A stretch of DNA of 64,000 nt from Chloroflexota bacterium (GTDB lineage Bacteria > Chloroflexota > Limnocylindria > Limnocylindrales > CSP1-4): positions 348,748 to 412,747 of the forward strand of contig JADMIG010000001.1 in NCBI GenBank assembly GCA_015478725.1, written 5' to 3'. The notes beneath the pieces were generated by a model that saw only the letters and a list, made by a program, of their open reading frames with translations, did not search any database and was not told the origin of the DNA. The translations under genes and the position numbers were made by a program. Shown piece by piece: positions 19,473 to 28,718 of the stretch. The first letter of the stretch is position 1. Every line of letters begins with the position of its first letter.

Positions 19473-20305
19473 TGGCGCCCGAGCGGCTCCAGAAGATCCT
19501 TGCGGCGGCGGGCGTGGCGTCCCGCCGGGCGAGCGAGGCGCTCATCGCCGCCGGGCGGGTGACCGTCGACGGCCGGGTCGCGACGGTCGGCGAGTCGGCG
19601 GATCCGAGGATCGCGGCGATCGCCCTCGACGGGCAGGCGATCCACCCGCCGGATCGGGCAACGCTCGTCCATCTCGTCGCCAACAAGCCGCTCGGCGTGA
19701 CCTCCACCGTCAGCGATCGCCACGCCGAGCGTACCGTCCTCGACCTCGTCCCGCGGGAACTCCGCCCGGACGGCGGCCGCCTCTATCCGGTCGGGCGCCT
19801 CGACCGCGACTCGGACGGTCTCCTCATCCTCACCAACGACGGGGCATGGGCCGAGCGCGTGCTTCATCCGCGGTACGGCGTGGAGCGCGAGTACGCGATC
19901 GGCCTGGACCGTCCGCTCGGCCCGGCCGAGGCCACCGCACTCAGCGGTGGGATCCCGCTCGAGGAGGGCCTCGCGGAGCTCTTCCACCTCCGCGCCGCGA
20001 GCGGCCCGGAGACCGCCCGGCTGGACGGACTCCTCGACCCGCGGCCGGGCTCGCTCGCCTGGTACCGGGCGACGCTCCGCGGGGGCTGGCGCCGACAGCT
20101 CCGCCGGATGTTCGGTGCCGTGGGCGTGCCCGTCGTCCGCCTCGTCCGCGTCCGCTTCGGGCCGGTCCGTCTCGAGCGGCTGCGGAGCGGCGACGTACGG
20201 GTCCTCACGCCGGCGGAAGTCCGGGCGCTGCGGGCGGGTGCCGGGACCCCGAGCGCCGGGCCACCGGGCCGTAGACCACGCGGACCATCCGAGCCGCTAT
20301 CGTGA
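19472..20305 (+). CDS. pseudouridine synthase, RsuA/RluB family (S4 + catalytic domain)
   Basis: S4 (RLQKILAAAGVASRR) and catalytic LYPVGRLDRDSDGLLILTNDG. Conserved position after scpAB. Confidence 0.85.
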   Translation: MAPERLQKILAAAGVASRRASEALIAAGRVTVDGRVATVGESADPRIAAIALDGQAIHPPDRATLVHLVANKPLGVTSTVSDRHAERTVLDLVPRELRPDGGRLYPVGRLDRDSDGLLILTNDGAWAERVLHPRYGVEREYAIGLDRPLGPAEATALSGGIPLEEGLAELFHLRAASGPETARLDGLLDPRPGSLAWYRATLRGGWRRQLRRMFGAVGVPVVRLVRVRFGPVRLERLRSGDVRVLTPAEVRALRAGAGTPSAGPPGRRPRGPSEPLS

Positions 20306-21018
20306 CGGCGATGGATGCGGAGCGGCTCGGAGGGCTCGTCGTGGCGCTCGATGGGCCGGCCTCATCGGGCAAGAGCAGCGTCGGCGCGGCCGCGGCGGAG
20401 GCACTCGGCTATCGGTTCATCGACACCGGTCTCCTCTACCGCGCCCTGACGTGGCTTGCCCTCCATCGAGGGATCCCACTCGCCGACGGGAGCGCCCTCG
20501 TGCCGCTCATTCCGGAGATCGAGCTCGCGCTCGACGGCGCCGGTCGGCACGCACGCGTCGTCGTCGGCGGGATCGACCGAACGGCGGCGGTCCAGACGGC
20601 GCGGGTGGATCGCAGCGTGTCAGAAGTGGCCCGGACGCCGGAGGTTCGGGCGGCGTTCCTTCCCGTCCAGCGCGGACTCGCGTCGCGCGGCGGCATCGTC
20701 GTCGCCGGTCGCGACATCGGGACGGTCGTGCTGCCGTCCGCGGACGTCAAGCTGTTCCTCGACGCCTCCGTCGAGGAGCGGGCCAGGCGACGGGCGGCGG
20801 AGCGCGGCGAGCCACCGGAAGGACCCGCCGCGGAACGGATCCTCGACGAGCTGCGGCGCCGGGACGAGGTCGACCGGAACCGGTCGGTCGCCCCGTTGCG
20901 CGCGGCCACCGACGCCCGCCACGTCGTGACGGACGGGAACTCGTTCGAGGAGACCGTCGCCACGGTCATCAGCGCGATCCGATCCTTCGCGGACGGCCGG
21001 ACGACGGTCGCGCCGTGA
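20302..21018 (+). CDS. cmk: (d)CMP kinase
   Basis: P-loop VALDGPASSGKSS plus cytidylate kinase motifs. GTGA overlap with the upstream gene. Confidence 0.85.
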   Translation: MTAMDAERLGGLVVALDGPASSGKSSVGAAAAEALGYRFIDTGLLYRALTWLALHRGIPLADGSALVPLIPEIELALDGAGRHARVVVGGIDRTAAVQTARVDRSVSEVARTPEVRAAFLPVQRGLASRGGIVVAGRDIGTVVLPSADVKLFLDASVEERARRRAAERGEPPEGPAAERILDELRRRDEVDRNRSVAPLRAATDARHVVTDGNSFEETVATVISAIRSFADGRTTVAP

Positions 21019-21028
21019 GGCCCGCGCG

Positions 21029-21784
21029 GTGAGCCGCTCCACGGGGGAGGGCGCCGGCCGACCAGCGGGCCGCTCCGCCGACCGGCTCCCCGACCACCTC
21101 ACCCCGTTCATCAGCGGGACGGCCTTCGTCGCCCGCACCGCCCTGCGCTGCCTCACCCGGGTCCGCGTCGATGGCGACCTCTCCGGGATCCCGCCGGAGG
21201 GACCGCTCATCATCGCGGCGAACCATCTCTCGAACGCGGACGGCGTCCTCGTCGGCGGCTGGCTCACGCCCGCGCTCGGACGGCGCATCCACTGGCTCGG
21301 CAAGCGCGAGATGGTCGAGTGGCCGCTCCTCGGGCGACTTGCCCGGGCGGGTTCGATCCATCCCGTCGACCGGGGGTCAGCGGACGTCGAGGCGTTCCGC
21401 CTCGCGCAACGGATCCTCGCCGAGGGCCATGTCCTCCTCGTCTTTCCCGAGGGGACGCGAAGCCCGGACGGAGCGCTCCATGAGGCGAAGGACGGCCTCG
21501 CCCTGCTCGCCCTCCGCTCGGCGGCACCGATCCTGCCGGTGGGGATCTCCGGCACGGACCGGTTCTGGCCCAAGGGTCGCTTCCTCCGGCCCGGCGGGCG
21601 GATCGCCCTGCGGGTGGGTGAAGTCTTCCGGCTCGCGGACGTCCTTCCGGCGGACGCCGACCGGCGGACCGCCAAGCGGCTCGCGACGGAGGCCGTCATG
21701 ACCCGCATCGCGGCCCTCGTCGCGCCCCGTCATCGGGGCGTCTACGGCGTCCGGGTGGAGGAGCCCGGGCGGTCGGGAACCTGA
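21029..21784 (+). CDS. plsC: 1-acyl-sn-glycerol-3-phosphate acyltransferase
   Basis: Acyltransferase HX4D-like NHLSNADG and FPEGTRS motifs. Confidence 0.8.
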   Translation: MSRSTGEGAGRPAGRSADRLPDHLTPFISGTAFVARTALRCLTRVRVDGDLSGIPPEGPLIIAANHLSNADGVLVGGWLTPALGRRIHWLGKREMVEWPLLGRLARAGSIHPVDRGSADVEAFRLAQRILAEGHVLLVFPEGTRSPDGALHEAKDGLALLALRSAAPILPVGISGTDRFWPKGRFLRPGGRIALRVGEVFRLADVLPADADRRTAKRLATEAVMTRIAALVAPRHRGVYGVRVEEPGRSGT

Positions 21785-21806
21785 CCCGTGCGATACTTGC
21801 CCCACG

Positions 21807-22769
21807 ATGGGCAGCGTCACCGGGATCACGATCGCGAAGCGGACCGGCTTCTGTTACGGCGTCCGTGAGGCGATCGACCGGGCCAAGGAGTCCTCGGCGG
21901 CCGGCCGGACCACGTCGACCCTCGGCCAGGTGGTCCACAACGAAGGGGTCATCGCCGAGCTCGAGGCGCTCGGGATTCGGACCGTCGATTCGCTCGACGA
22001 CGTCGATCACGGCGCGGCGGTCGTCATCCGCGCGCATGGGGTGCGACCCGGGGTGATGGAGCGGGCTGCCGCGCGCGGCCTCGACGTCATCGACGGCACC
22101 TGCACCTGGGTCATCCAGGAGCAGCGCGAGCTCGTCCGCCTCGTCGAGGAGGGCTACACGATCGTCCTGCTCGGCACGCCGAAGCACCCCGAGGTCGTCG
22201 GCCTCCTCGGCTTCGCGCCGGACGCGATCGTCGTGGACGAGGAGGACGACTGGGCGCGGATCCCCCGGCGCAAGAAGATGGCGCTCATCAGCCAGAGCAC
22301 CCAGCCGCCGTGGAAGTTCGAGAAGCTCGCCGCCTACATGGTCGGCCGCAGCCACGAGCTGAAGATCGTCAACACCGTCTGCCCGGTGACGATCCGGCGC
22401 CAGGAGGACACGCTCGAGACCGCCGGGGCGGTCGACCTCATGGTCGTCGTCGGCGGGCGGAGCAGCGCGAACACCAAGGAGCTGACGCGACTCTGCGGCA
22501 TCGTCGGCACGCCGGCGATCCAGGTCGAAGGCGTCCGCGATCTCGACGACCCGGCACCGTTCGTCGGCGCCCGGATCGTCGGCATCACCGGTGGGACGAG
22601 CACCCCGATCGAGGACCTCCGCGCCGTCGCCCGGCGGGTCCTCGAGCTCGCCGGCACGCCAGACGTGATCGCCCATGCGGACGAGCTCGCCCTCGCGGCC
22701 CTCGCCGCGGCGGCGACCCCTGCCGGCCGGACCACCTCGCTCCCGAGCGCCACCGCCGGCGCGGCATAG
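21807..22769 (+). CDS. ispH: 4-hydroxy-3-methylbut-2-enyl diphosphate reductase
   Basis: IspH/LytB motifs ([22 protein letters not shown], conserved Cys triad). Confidence 0.9.
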   Translation: MGSVTGITIAKRTGFCYGVREAIDRAKESSAAGRTTSTLGQVVHNEGVIAELEALGIRTVDSLDDVDHGAAVVIRAHGVRPGVMERAAARGLDVIDGTCTWVIQEQRELVRLVEEGYTIVLLGTPKHPEVVGLLGFAPDAIVVDEEDDWARIPRRKKMALISQSTQPPWKFEKLAAYMVGRSHELKIVNTVCPVTIRRQEDTLETAGAVDLMVVVGGRSSANTKELTRLCGIVGTPAIQVEGVRDLDDPAPFVGARIVGITGGTSTPIEDLRAVARRVLELAGTPDVIAHADELALAALAAAATPAGRTTSLPSATAGAA

Positions 22770-22780
22770 GCGGCCGGTCC

Positions 22781-24403
22781 ATGGCCGCCCTGCCGATCGT
22801 CGCCATCGTCGGCCGCCCGAACGTGGGCAAGAGCACGCTCTTCAACCGGATCCTCGGCGCACGGACGGCGATCGTCGAGGATCGGGCGCGGACGACACGC
22901 GACCGGCTGTACGGTGACGCCGAATGGAACGGTCGGCGGTTCATCGTCGTCGACACCGGGGGCCTCGAGGCGGACCCGGGCGACCCGATCGAAGCGAAGG
23001 TCCAGGAGCAGGCCCGTCTCGCGATCGCCGAGGCGGACGTCATCGTGTTCGTCGTGGATGCCGCGACCGGGCTAGCCCCGGCCGATGTCGACACCGCCGA
23101 CCTTCTTCGCCGGGCGACGGCGCCCGTCCTCGTCGCGATCAACAAGGCGGACAACGAGCGTCGCGAGCTCGAGGGCGCGGAGTTCTACGCGCTCGGCTGG
23201 GACGAGACCTATCCGATCAGCGCCGCGCACGGCCGGGGGACCGGCGACCTCCTCGACGCCGTCGTCTGGGCACTCCCGCCGGAGACGCCGGAGGAGCTCG
23301 CCCGGAAGTCCCGCGAGGCGGAGGCGGATCGGTGGGCGCGGGACGTCGCGGCGGGCCACCTCGAACCGATCCTCGCCGAGGGGCCCGACGGTGCGACGCC
23401 GATGGTGGACGACGATGGAGACGACGTCGGCGGCGACGAGATCGAGGCCCGTCGCTGGGACGCCGCGATGGCTGCCGACGCCGATTCGGGTCCCGCCGCG
23501 ATCGCCCTCGTCGGGCGCCCGAACGTCGGCAAGTCGAGTCTCCTCAACGCCCTGCTCGGGGAGGACCGGGCGATCGTCACCGACATCCCGGGCACGACGC
23601 GGGATGCCATCGACACCCGCCTCGCCTGGGGTCGGAGCGAAGTCGTCCTCATCGACACGGCCGGGATGCGCCGCCGTGGCAAGGTGGCCACGGGGTCGGC
23701 GACGGATCGCTATTCGACGCTGCGCGCGCTGCGGGCGATCGGCCGGGCGGACGTCGCGATCCTCGTCATCGATGCGGTCGAGGGGATCACCGCCCAGGAC
23801 GCCCACGTGGCGGGGTACGTCGTCGAGGAGGGCAAGGGCCTCGTCGTCGCGGTGAACAAGTGGGATCTCGTCGCGGACAAGACGGACAAGACGTTCGAGC
23901 AGTATGTCGAGTGGATCCATCACGAGGCGCCATTCCTCGACTTCGCGCCCATCCTCAGCATCAGTGCGAAGACCGGCCAGCGAGTCGGCCGCGTCCTCGA
24001 GGCCGCCGTGGACGTCTGGGGCGAGCGCCGTCGTCGGGTGCCGACAGCCGAGCTCAACCGGCTCGTCGCCGCCGCGTCGGATCGCCAGCTCCCGCCGGTC
24101 GTCAAGGGTCGACGACCGAAGATCTTCTACGCGACGCAGGCCGCCGTGGCGCCGCCGACGTTCGTCTTCTTCGCGAACGACGCGGCGTCGGTTCACTTCA
24201 GCTACCGCCGCTACCTCGAGAACCGCCTGCGCGACGCCTTCGGCTTCCTCGGCACTCCCGTGCGCCTCGTGTTCCGCGACCGAAGCTCGGTGAAGCTGCC
24301 GCGTCGTCGGCCCGCACGCGCTCCCGGACGACGCGCAGCCGGCGGTCGGCCGACGCCCGGCCGCTTACCGTCTCCCCGCGATACCGGTCGCGCGGACCGC
24401 TGA
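22781..24403 (+). CDS. der: ribosome-associated GTPase Der (EngA), two G-domains + KH-like
   Basis: Two GxxxxGKS P-loops ([28 protein letters not shown]) separated by an unusually long acidic linker. ATG at M158 of the ORF. Confidence 0.85.
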   Translation: MAALPIVAIVGRPNVGKSTLFNRILGARTAIVEDRARTTRDRLYGDAEWNGRRFIVVDTGGLEADPGDPIEAKVQEQARLAIAEADVIVFVVDAATGLAPADVDTADLLRRATAPVLVAINKADNERRELEGAEFYALGWDETYPISAAHGRGTGDLLDAVVWALPPETPEELARKSREAEADRWARDVAAGHLEPILAEGPDGATPMVDDDGDDVGGDEIEARRWDAAMAADADSGPAAIALVGRPNVGKSSLLNALLGEDRAIVTDIPGTTRDAIDTRLAWGRSEVVLIDTAGMRRRGKVATGSATDRYSTLRALRAIGRADVAILVIDAVEGITAQDAHVAGYVVEEGKGLVVAVNKWDLVADKTDKTFEQYVEWIHHEAPFLDFAPILSISAKTGQRVGRVLEAAVDVWGERRRRVPTAELNRLVAAASDRQLPPVVKGRRPKIFYATQAAVAPPTFVFFANDAASVHFSYRRYLENRLRDAFGFLGTPVRLVFRDRSSVKLPRRRPARAPGRRAAGGRPTPGRLPSPRDTGRADR

Positions 24404-24460
24404 ACCGGGCGATCCTGTCCAGCGGTGCGACCGTCGGGCGGTGGTAGACTGCCGGCCTGT

Positions 24461-24537
24461 CGGGGCGTGGCGCAGCCTGGTAGCGCACCTGAATGGGGTT
24501 CAGGAGGCCGAGCGTTCGAATCGCTCCGCCCCGACCA
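24461..24537 (+). tRNA. tRNA-Pro (anticodon GGG)
   Basis: 77 nt cloverleaf. Acceptor CGGGGCG/CGCCCCG, D-arm GCGC-AGCCTGGTA-GCGC, anticodon stem CCTGA/TCAGG with loop ATGGGGT (GGG), T-arm GAGCG-TTCGAAT-CGCTC, discriminator A, CCA. Confidence 0.85.
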
Positions 24538-24654
24538 GCGATCTGAGCACGCAACGGCCTTTCCGAGCGTCCCGGATAGGCCTGCACGCGGAGCGAGACC
24601 GGACGCACGATCAACCCAGCGTGGCTGACCGGCACGGCAGACAGAGGCATCGCG

Positions 24655-24933
24655 ATGCGGATGCTGAGAAGTCCCTGGACTCGTGCATTCCTTGTCTGGA
24701 CCGTCATGCTCCTGGCCGCGGCGGTGCTGGTTGCCCTCGACGCCGTGATCGGGCTCCTCCGAGCCGACGAGGCGTGCTACTTCCAGGTCGGTCCCTGTCC
24801 GCAGGCGGGGGATCCTGACCTCGTCCAACTGGACTTCGCCTTCTTCGGGATTCCGCTGATCTGGCTCGTGGGAGTCCTGCTCGGCGTCGTTGGTCGGGCG
24901 CTGACACGGCGAAGCCGAACTGCCGCTCCCTAG
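24655..24933 (+). CDS. small membrane protein (92 aa, 2 predicted TM helices), uncharacterised
   Basis: ORF with two hydrophobic helices, located immediately inside the islet. Confidence 0.35.
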   Translation: MRMLRSPWTRAFLVWTVMLLAAAVLVALDAVIGLLRADEACYFQVGPCPQAGDPDLVQLDFAFFGIPLIWLVGVLLGVVGRALTRRSRTAAP

Positions 24934-25148
24934 ACCGACCGCGTTGACGACGTTCAGGTCGCCGAGGGAGTCCACTGGCCCCGTTCCAAGAGAGGAGCGC
25001 CGCGCCGACCCCTGATGAGTGTCGCGGAGAGCCCCTTGTTGATCCGCTCGAGAAGGTGGTCCTTGTCGAGCGGCCCCGCGATCGAGCGCTCCAGTCCGCA
25101 ACCGGTCTCCAGGCACGCCACTGCGGCACCGCCTGCGGCGGAAGCTGG

Positions 25149-26105
25149 TCACGCGGACGCGAGGACCGCTCGGAGCAGGAGCCCGGCGTTCCGCGGCGTT
25201 TCGCCGACCCGTCGGATCGCGTAGGGCCACCACGAGCTGCCGAACGGCAGGTAGAGTCGGAGCCGCTCACCCCGCTCCACGAGCGCGTCCTGCAGCGGCG
25301 GCCGCACGCCGTACAGCATCTCGAACTCGTAACCGCCGGCAGGCCATCCGTTTCGCCTCGCTGCCGCCCGGATCTCTCGGATCAGTCGCACATCGTGGGT
25401 GGCAAAGATCGGATAGAAGCCTGCCTCGCGCGCTTCGGGCGCGAGCATCAAGCCCGCCGCCCGCAGATACCGGCGACCGATCTCCGGCCTGCGCGTCGAG
25501 GCGAGCCGTGGCGGCTCGCCCAGGGCGCCCTTGACGAGGCGAACCGCTCCGCCGGGAGTCACGCAGCGGCGCACGTCGGCCTCGTAGCGATGCAGATATG
25601 CCTGGAGCGTGATGGCCGCCGGCAGCGAAGCGGCCCGCAGATCCGCGTACAGCCCGATGGTCGCGTCGGTCGCCGACGAATCCTCCATGTCGAGCATCAG
25701 GTAGCGCCGTTGCACGTCCGTCGCACCGCCTGTTGCGGCAACGGCGCGACCGAGCTCGAACACGTTCGCCCGGCAGGTCGCCTCGTCGATCATCAAGCCC
25801 ACAGCGGTTGGATCAACCGAGACATGGACATCGAGCCTCGCCCGGGCGAGTTCGTACACCGCCGCCTTCAGCTCGTTCATCGTCCGGGCGACGGTGGCAG
25901 GGTCGTCGACGTATTCGCCGAGGTAGAAGAGGGAGCAGAGGCGGCCGCGTTGCCGCAGGTCTGCCGCCGTCTGGATCGCCTCGGCGAGGTTGTCGCCGCC
26001 GACGAAGCGCCGGGCGAGCGCGGACAGCGCGGAACGACGGTGCATGAACATGGTCAATGGCTCGTTTCGTGCCAGCGCGATCATCGCGCGCTGCCAGAGT
26101 CCCAT
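25149..26105 (-). CDS. proline dehydrogenase (monofunctional PutA-like PRODH, TIM-barrel)
   Basis: PRODH motifs throughout (LMLDMEDSS, LQAYLHRYE, VRLVKGA, IFATHD, FEMLYGVR). 318 aa. Confidence 0.75.
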   Translation of the reverse strand: MGLWQRAMIALARNEPLTMFMHRRSALSALARRFVGGDNLAEAIQTAADLRQRGRLCSLFYLGEYVDDPATVARTMNELKAAVYELARARLDVHVSVDPTAVGLMIDEATCRANVFELGRAVAATGGATDVQRRYLMLDMEDSSATDATIGLYADLRAASLPAAITLQAYLHRYEADVRRCVTPGGAVRLVKGALGEPPRLASTRRPEIGRRYLRAAGLMLAPEAREAGFYPIFATHDVRLIREIRAAARRNGWPAGGYEFEMLYGVRPPLQDALVERGERLRLYLPFGSSWWPYAIRRVGETPRNAGLLLRAVLASA

Positions 26106-26266
26106 CGTGGGGCGGTCTCCTGCGGTTGACGCGGGCGAGATGGTACATCCGGAAAGGAGGTTCTCTCGGGGCGGCCCGGGGTGCGGTAGATTCCGCCCAT
26201 GGGGGTGACCAAGATCGAGTCCTGCCGTGTCGACCCCGAAGCTCCGCCGCTTCGGGCGCTGGCGCG

Positions 26267-26875
26267 ATGACGCCGACCGAGTACCGCTGTGCCTCGTGCG
26301 GCGGCCCTCCCCGCGATGAAGATCGCTTCCAGTGCGCCGACTGCGGCCGCCCGCTCGGCATCTGCGCCGACTGCGGCTGGTGCGTCCGGTTCTTCGCGAG
26401 CGACAACCCGGTGGACTGCGATGGGTGCGGCTTCGCCCCGCTGTCTCACGAAGAGGAGGAAGGGAACAGATCGTTTCGCGAACACATGATCGCAGCTCTT
26501 CGGCGACAGATGGAGGCGCTCAAGCAGATGCAGGAGCGCTCGGGGCCGATCTACGAACTCGCCCGCGAACGGAGCCGGATCATCAGCGAGGCATACCGAT
26601 CCGCCGGACGACCGCGGAAGGTGAGTCTGACGCGCACCCCCGAAGGGTGGGAGTACGTATTCCATTTCCGTCGTGGGAGCGAGTGGCACCGGGAACCTGC
26701 CACCAAGGAAGACGCGGACGCTTGGTACGCGTGGTGGCGCGAACGCGACCGCCTCCGTCGCGCGTTGGGGAGCCATCGCGGGCAGGGGACCGGCCCACCC
26801 GGCAAAGCCCCTGTCGCTGAGCCTCGCCCAACCGCGACTCCCGATCAATGGGGCGACGGAGGGTCCCGTGTCTGA
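26267..26875 (+). CDS. uncharacterised Zn-ribbon protein (four CxxC pairs) with coiled-coil/Trp-rich C-terminal region
   Basis: CASCGG...CADCGRPLGICADCGWC...CDGCGF. ATG at M71 of the ORF avoids overlap with PRODH. Confidence 0.45.
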   Translation: MTPTEYRCASCGGPPRDEDRFQCADCGRPLGICADCGWCVRFFASDNPVDCDGCGFAPLSHEEEEGNRSFREHMIAALRRQMEALKQMQERSGPIYELARERSRIISEAYRSAGRPRKVSLTRTPEGWEYVFHFRRGSEWHREPATKEDADAWYAWWRERDRLRRALGSHRGQGTGPPGKAPVAEPRPTATPDQWGDGGSRV

Positions 26876-26953
26876 CCGCGCGGCAACGTGCGTCCCAGAC
26901 GTGGCCGTGGCCTCTCCCGAATGCATGGACGCGGCCTTGCGAGGTGCCGTCTG

Positions 26954-27487
26954 ATGGCGTGGCGGTGGCCGCTGGCCAGGCAGCTTGCCAAGTCGCGAGG
27001 GCTCATCGGTCGGCTGATCGCGGTCGCCCTGGTCGCCGCAGGTTGCACCACCGTGACCATCGTGGTGCCCACCACCCCGGCATCGCGCTCGCCTACGACC
27101 GTGACCGTCCCCCCATCAACGCCACGAGCCACCGAAGACCTCACTGCTGGAAGCCCGAGCCCGACGGCGCAGCTGACCTTCGTCCCGACTTCGTCGCCTC
27201 CCGGGCCGACCCCAGGGCTGATCGCCGGCATCTGCGCGGTCCGCCTCGAGCGGGGCGACACCGTAGTCGTGTTGCACGAACCGCTCGAGCCGGACCGCGC
27301 CAGTTGCAACTACCTAGCGGAGAACACACACTTGGCCATCGGGGGCAATTGGTCGATCGCTTTCGACGTACCGCTCGCCGATTCACTCGTATGCCGGGGC
27401 TATTTCGGCAACGCGGCGATCCCGTTCGACGTCTGGGACTCCGGCGATCACCACTGGGGCGATCTCGTATGCAAGGCCTACCGCTGA
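26954..27487 (+). CDS. putative lipoprotein (signal peptide with lipobox VAAGC), uncharacterised
   Basis: N-terminal basic region, then LIGRLIAVALVAAG-C, a Thr/Pro-rich linker and a Cys-containing domain. Confidence 0.45.
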   Translation: MAWRWPLARQLAKSRGLIGRLIAVALVAAGCTTVTIVVPTTPASRSPTTVTVPPSTPRATEDLTAGSPSPTAQLTFVPTSSPPGPTPGLIAGICAVRLERGDTVVVLHEPLEPDRASCNYLAENTHLAIGGNWSIAFDVPLADSLVCRGYFGNAAIPFDVWDSGDHHWGDLVCKAYR

Positions 27488-27603
27488 GCTGATCGTTGTT
27501 TGAGCGGGCCCTGGAAGAGCTGGAACGGCTCAAGCCTCCGAACGGACCTGCGGCTTGATACGACGGGCTCCTCCGGATGAGGAATGCGAACGGAGGAGGT
27601 CGA

Positions 27604-28086
27604 ATGAGGCTGCTCTGGGAGTGGCGCTGGCTCGTGGCCTGGTTCATGGCCTTCGCAGTGGTCGCGATCGGCACGGGACCTGACTCACCCGTGGGGCCGA
27701 TCTACGCGGGCCTCACAGGCCTGGGTCTGCTCTACCTCTGGGCACGGTGGGGAAGAGGTCTCGGCACGCTGACCTGGGAGCTTCAGGACGCTCTTGGTGC
27801 CTATTTCCAGTTGGGTGAGCAACTCGCCGAGCTTGTGGCGGCACCATCCGGTGGGCAGGAGCGCCTTCAGCGCTTGGACGCGCTTGCTGCCAAACGGCAC
27901 GCAGCCGAGGAGAAATTGGACGGGCTCCTCGGGCGATGGCCGCGGAACGCAGGGCTCGCGGGCCGCATCTTCCCCTCGTGGGGCCAATCCGTCGAGAGGA
28001 ACCTCGCCGTCGCGCTGCAGAGCCGACAGCGCGCTGCCCGAACGTACGATCTCATGGCAACTGCGATCGCACAGTCCGAGGTGTGA
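27604..28086 (+). CDS. uncharacterised membrane protein (2 TM helices + coiled-coil tail)
   Basis: Strong RBS GGAGGAGG 4 nt before the ATG. Hydrophobic N-terminus (LLWEWRWLVAWFMAFAVVAIG). Confidence 0.45.
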   Translation: MRLLWEWRWLVAWFMAFAVVAIGTGPDSPVGPIYAGLTGLGLLYLWARWGRGLGTLTWELQDALGAYFQLGEQLAELVAAPSGGQERLQRLDALAAKRHAAEEKLDGLLGRWPRNAGLAGRIFPSWGQSVERNLAVALQSRQRAARTYDLMATAIAQSEV

Positions 28087-28506
28087 GCGGCGACGTGTCG
28101 GGATCGGTCTGAGGCCTCGATCGCCTTGCAGCGGCGCTTCCGATCGATGAGCGAAGCATCGCAACCCGGTCCCGACAGCAGGCGCCACTGGCAGCGGCAG
28201 CCGATGTGTGGGTGCAAGCCCGGGAGTCAGCCGGGGGCTGAAAGGCGCCTGCTAGAGAGCGATGGGACGTGATCTGACTGATCGTGCGTAATGACCTGCT
28301 TGTGGGACGGTCCGGACGCGGCCCGCTCCGTGTCACGCCACCGATCGAATAAGGGACCAGCGCGGAGATGCCCTTTTCGAACGGGGGAGGCGACCCCCGG
28401 ACCGATTCCTCGCCAGCCGGACGGCATGCTGGTTGCGTCGTTCCGGTTGAGATCGACGCAGAACCGGCCGCTGCTGTTGGGTCGTCACTGACGGCAGGGC
28501 TCCCCT

Positions 28507-28530
28507 TTGACCCACAAGTTGACCCACAAG
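28507..28530 (+). repeat. perfect tandem 12-mer TTGACCCACAAG x2
   Basis: Read directly from the sequence. It lies about 80 nt upstream of the pseudo-tRNA repeat, in a 630-nt non-coding, lower-GC stretch. Confidence 0.7.
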
Positions 28531-28611
28531 GCCGCGGACGATGGGGGTCACAAGTGGACGCCGCGGACGGCTGTGGAGCACGAAAGCAGGGGTCTGAACA
28601 CCCCGAAAGTA

Positions 28612-28657
28612 CATGGGGTTCAGGAGGCCGAGCATGCGAATCGCTCCGCCCCGCCCA
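28612..28657 (+). repeat. pseudo-tRNA fragment: degenerate copy of the 3' 46 nt of tRNA-Pro (attR-like)
   Basis: catggggttcaggaggccgagcatgcgaatcgctccgccccgccca vs tRNA aatggggttcaggaggccgagcgttcgaatcgctccgccccgacca. It lacks the 5' half and the CCA end. Confidence 0.7.
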
Positions 28658-28718
28658 ACGATCGGCGACCGACGTGCGGAGGCACGTCCTCTGGGCCGAT
28701 CGTCAGCGCCGCCCCGGC

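Larger units (their letters stand above)
24538..28657. mobile_element. putative tRNA-Pro-associated genomic islet (remnant integrative element). It is bounded by the tRNA 3' half and a degenerate 46-nt direct copy. No recombinase gene.
   Basis: Direct repeat 24492-24537 vs 28612-28657 (42/46 identical). The interior is of visibly lower GC, especially 26900-28700. The gene content is unrelated to the flanking housekeeping clusters. Confidence 0.45.

Noticed and set aside
24425-24628. 67-aa plus-strand ORF overlapping tRNA-Pro
   Set aside because: It overlaps a well-formed tRNA gene in the same strand. The sequence is explained by the tRNA.
28612-28657. Possible second tRNA gene
   Set aside because: Only the 3' half is present, with a degenerate T-loop (TGCGAAT) and no D-arm or anticodon arm. 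It is better explained as an attR-type remnant of tRNA-Pro.
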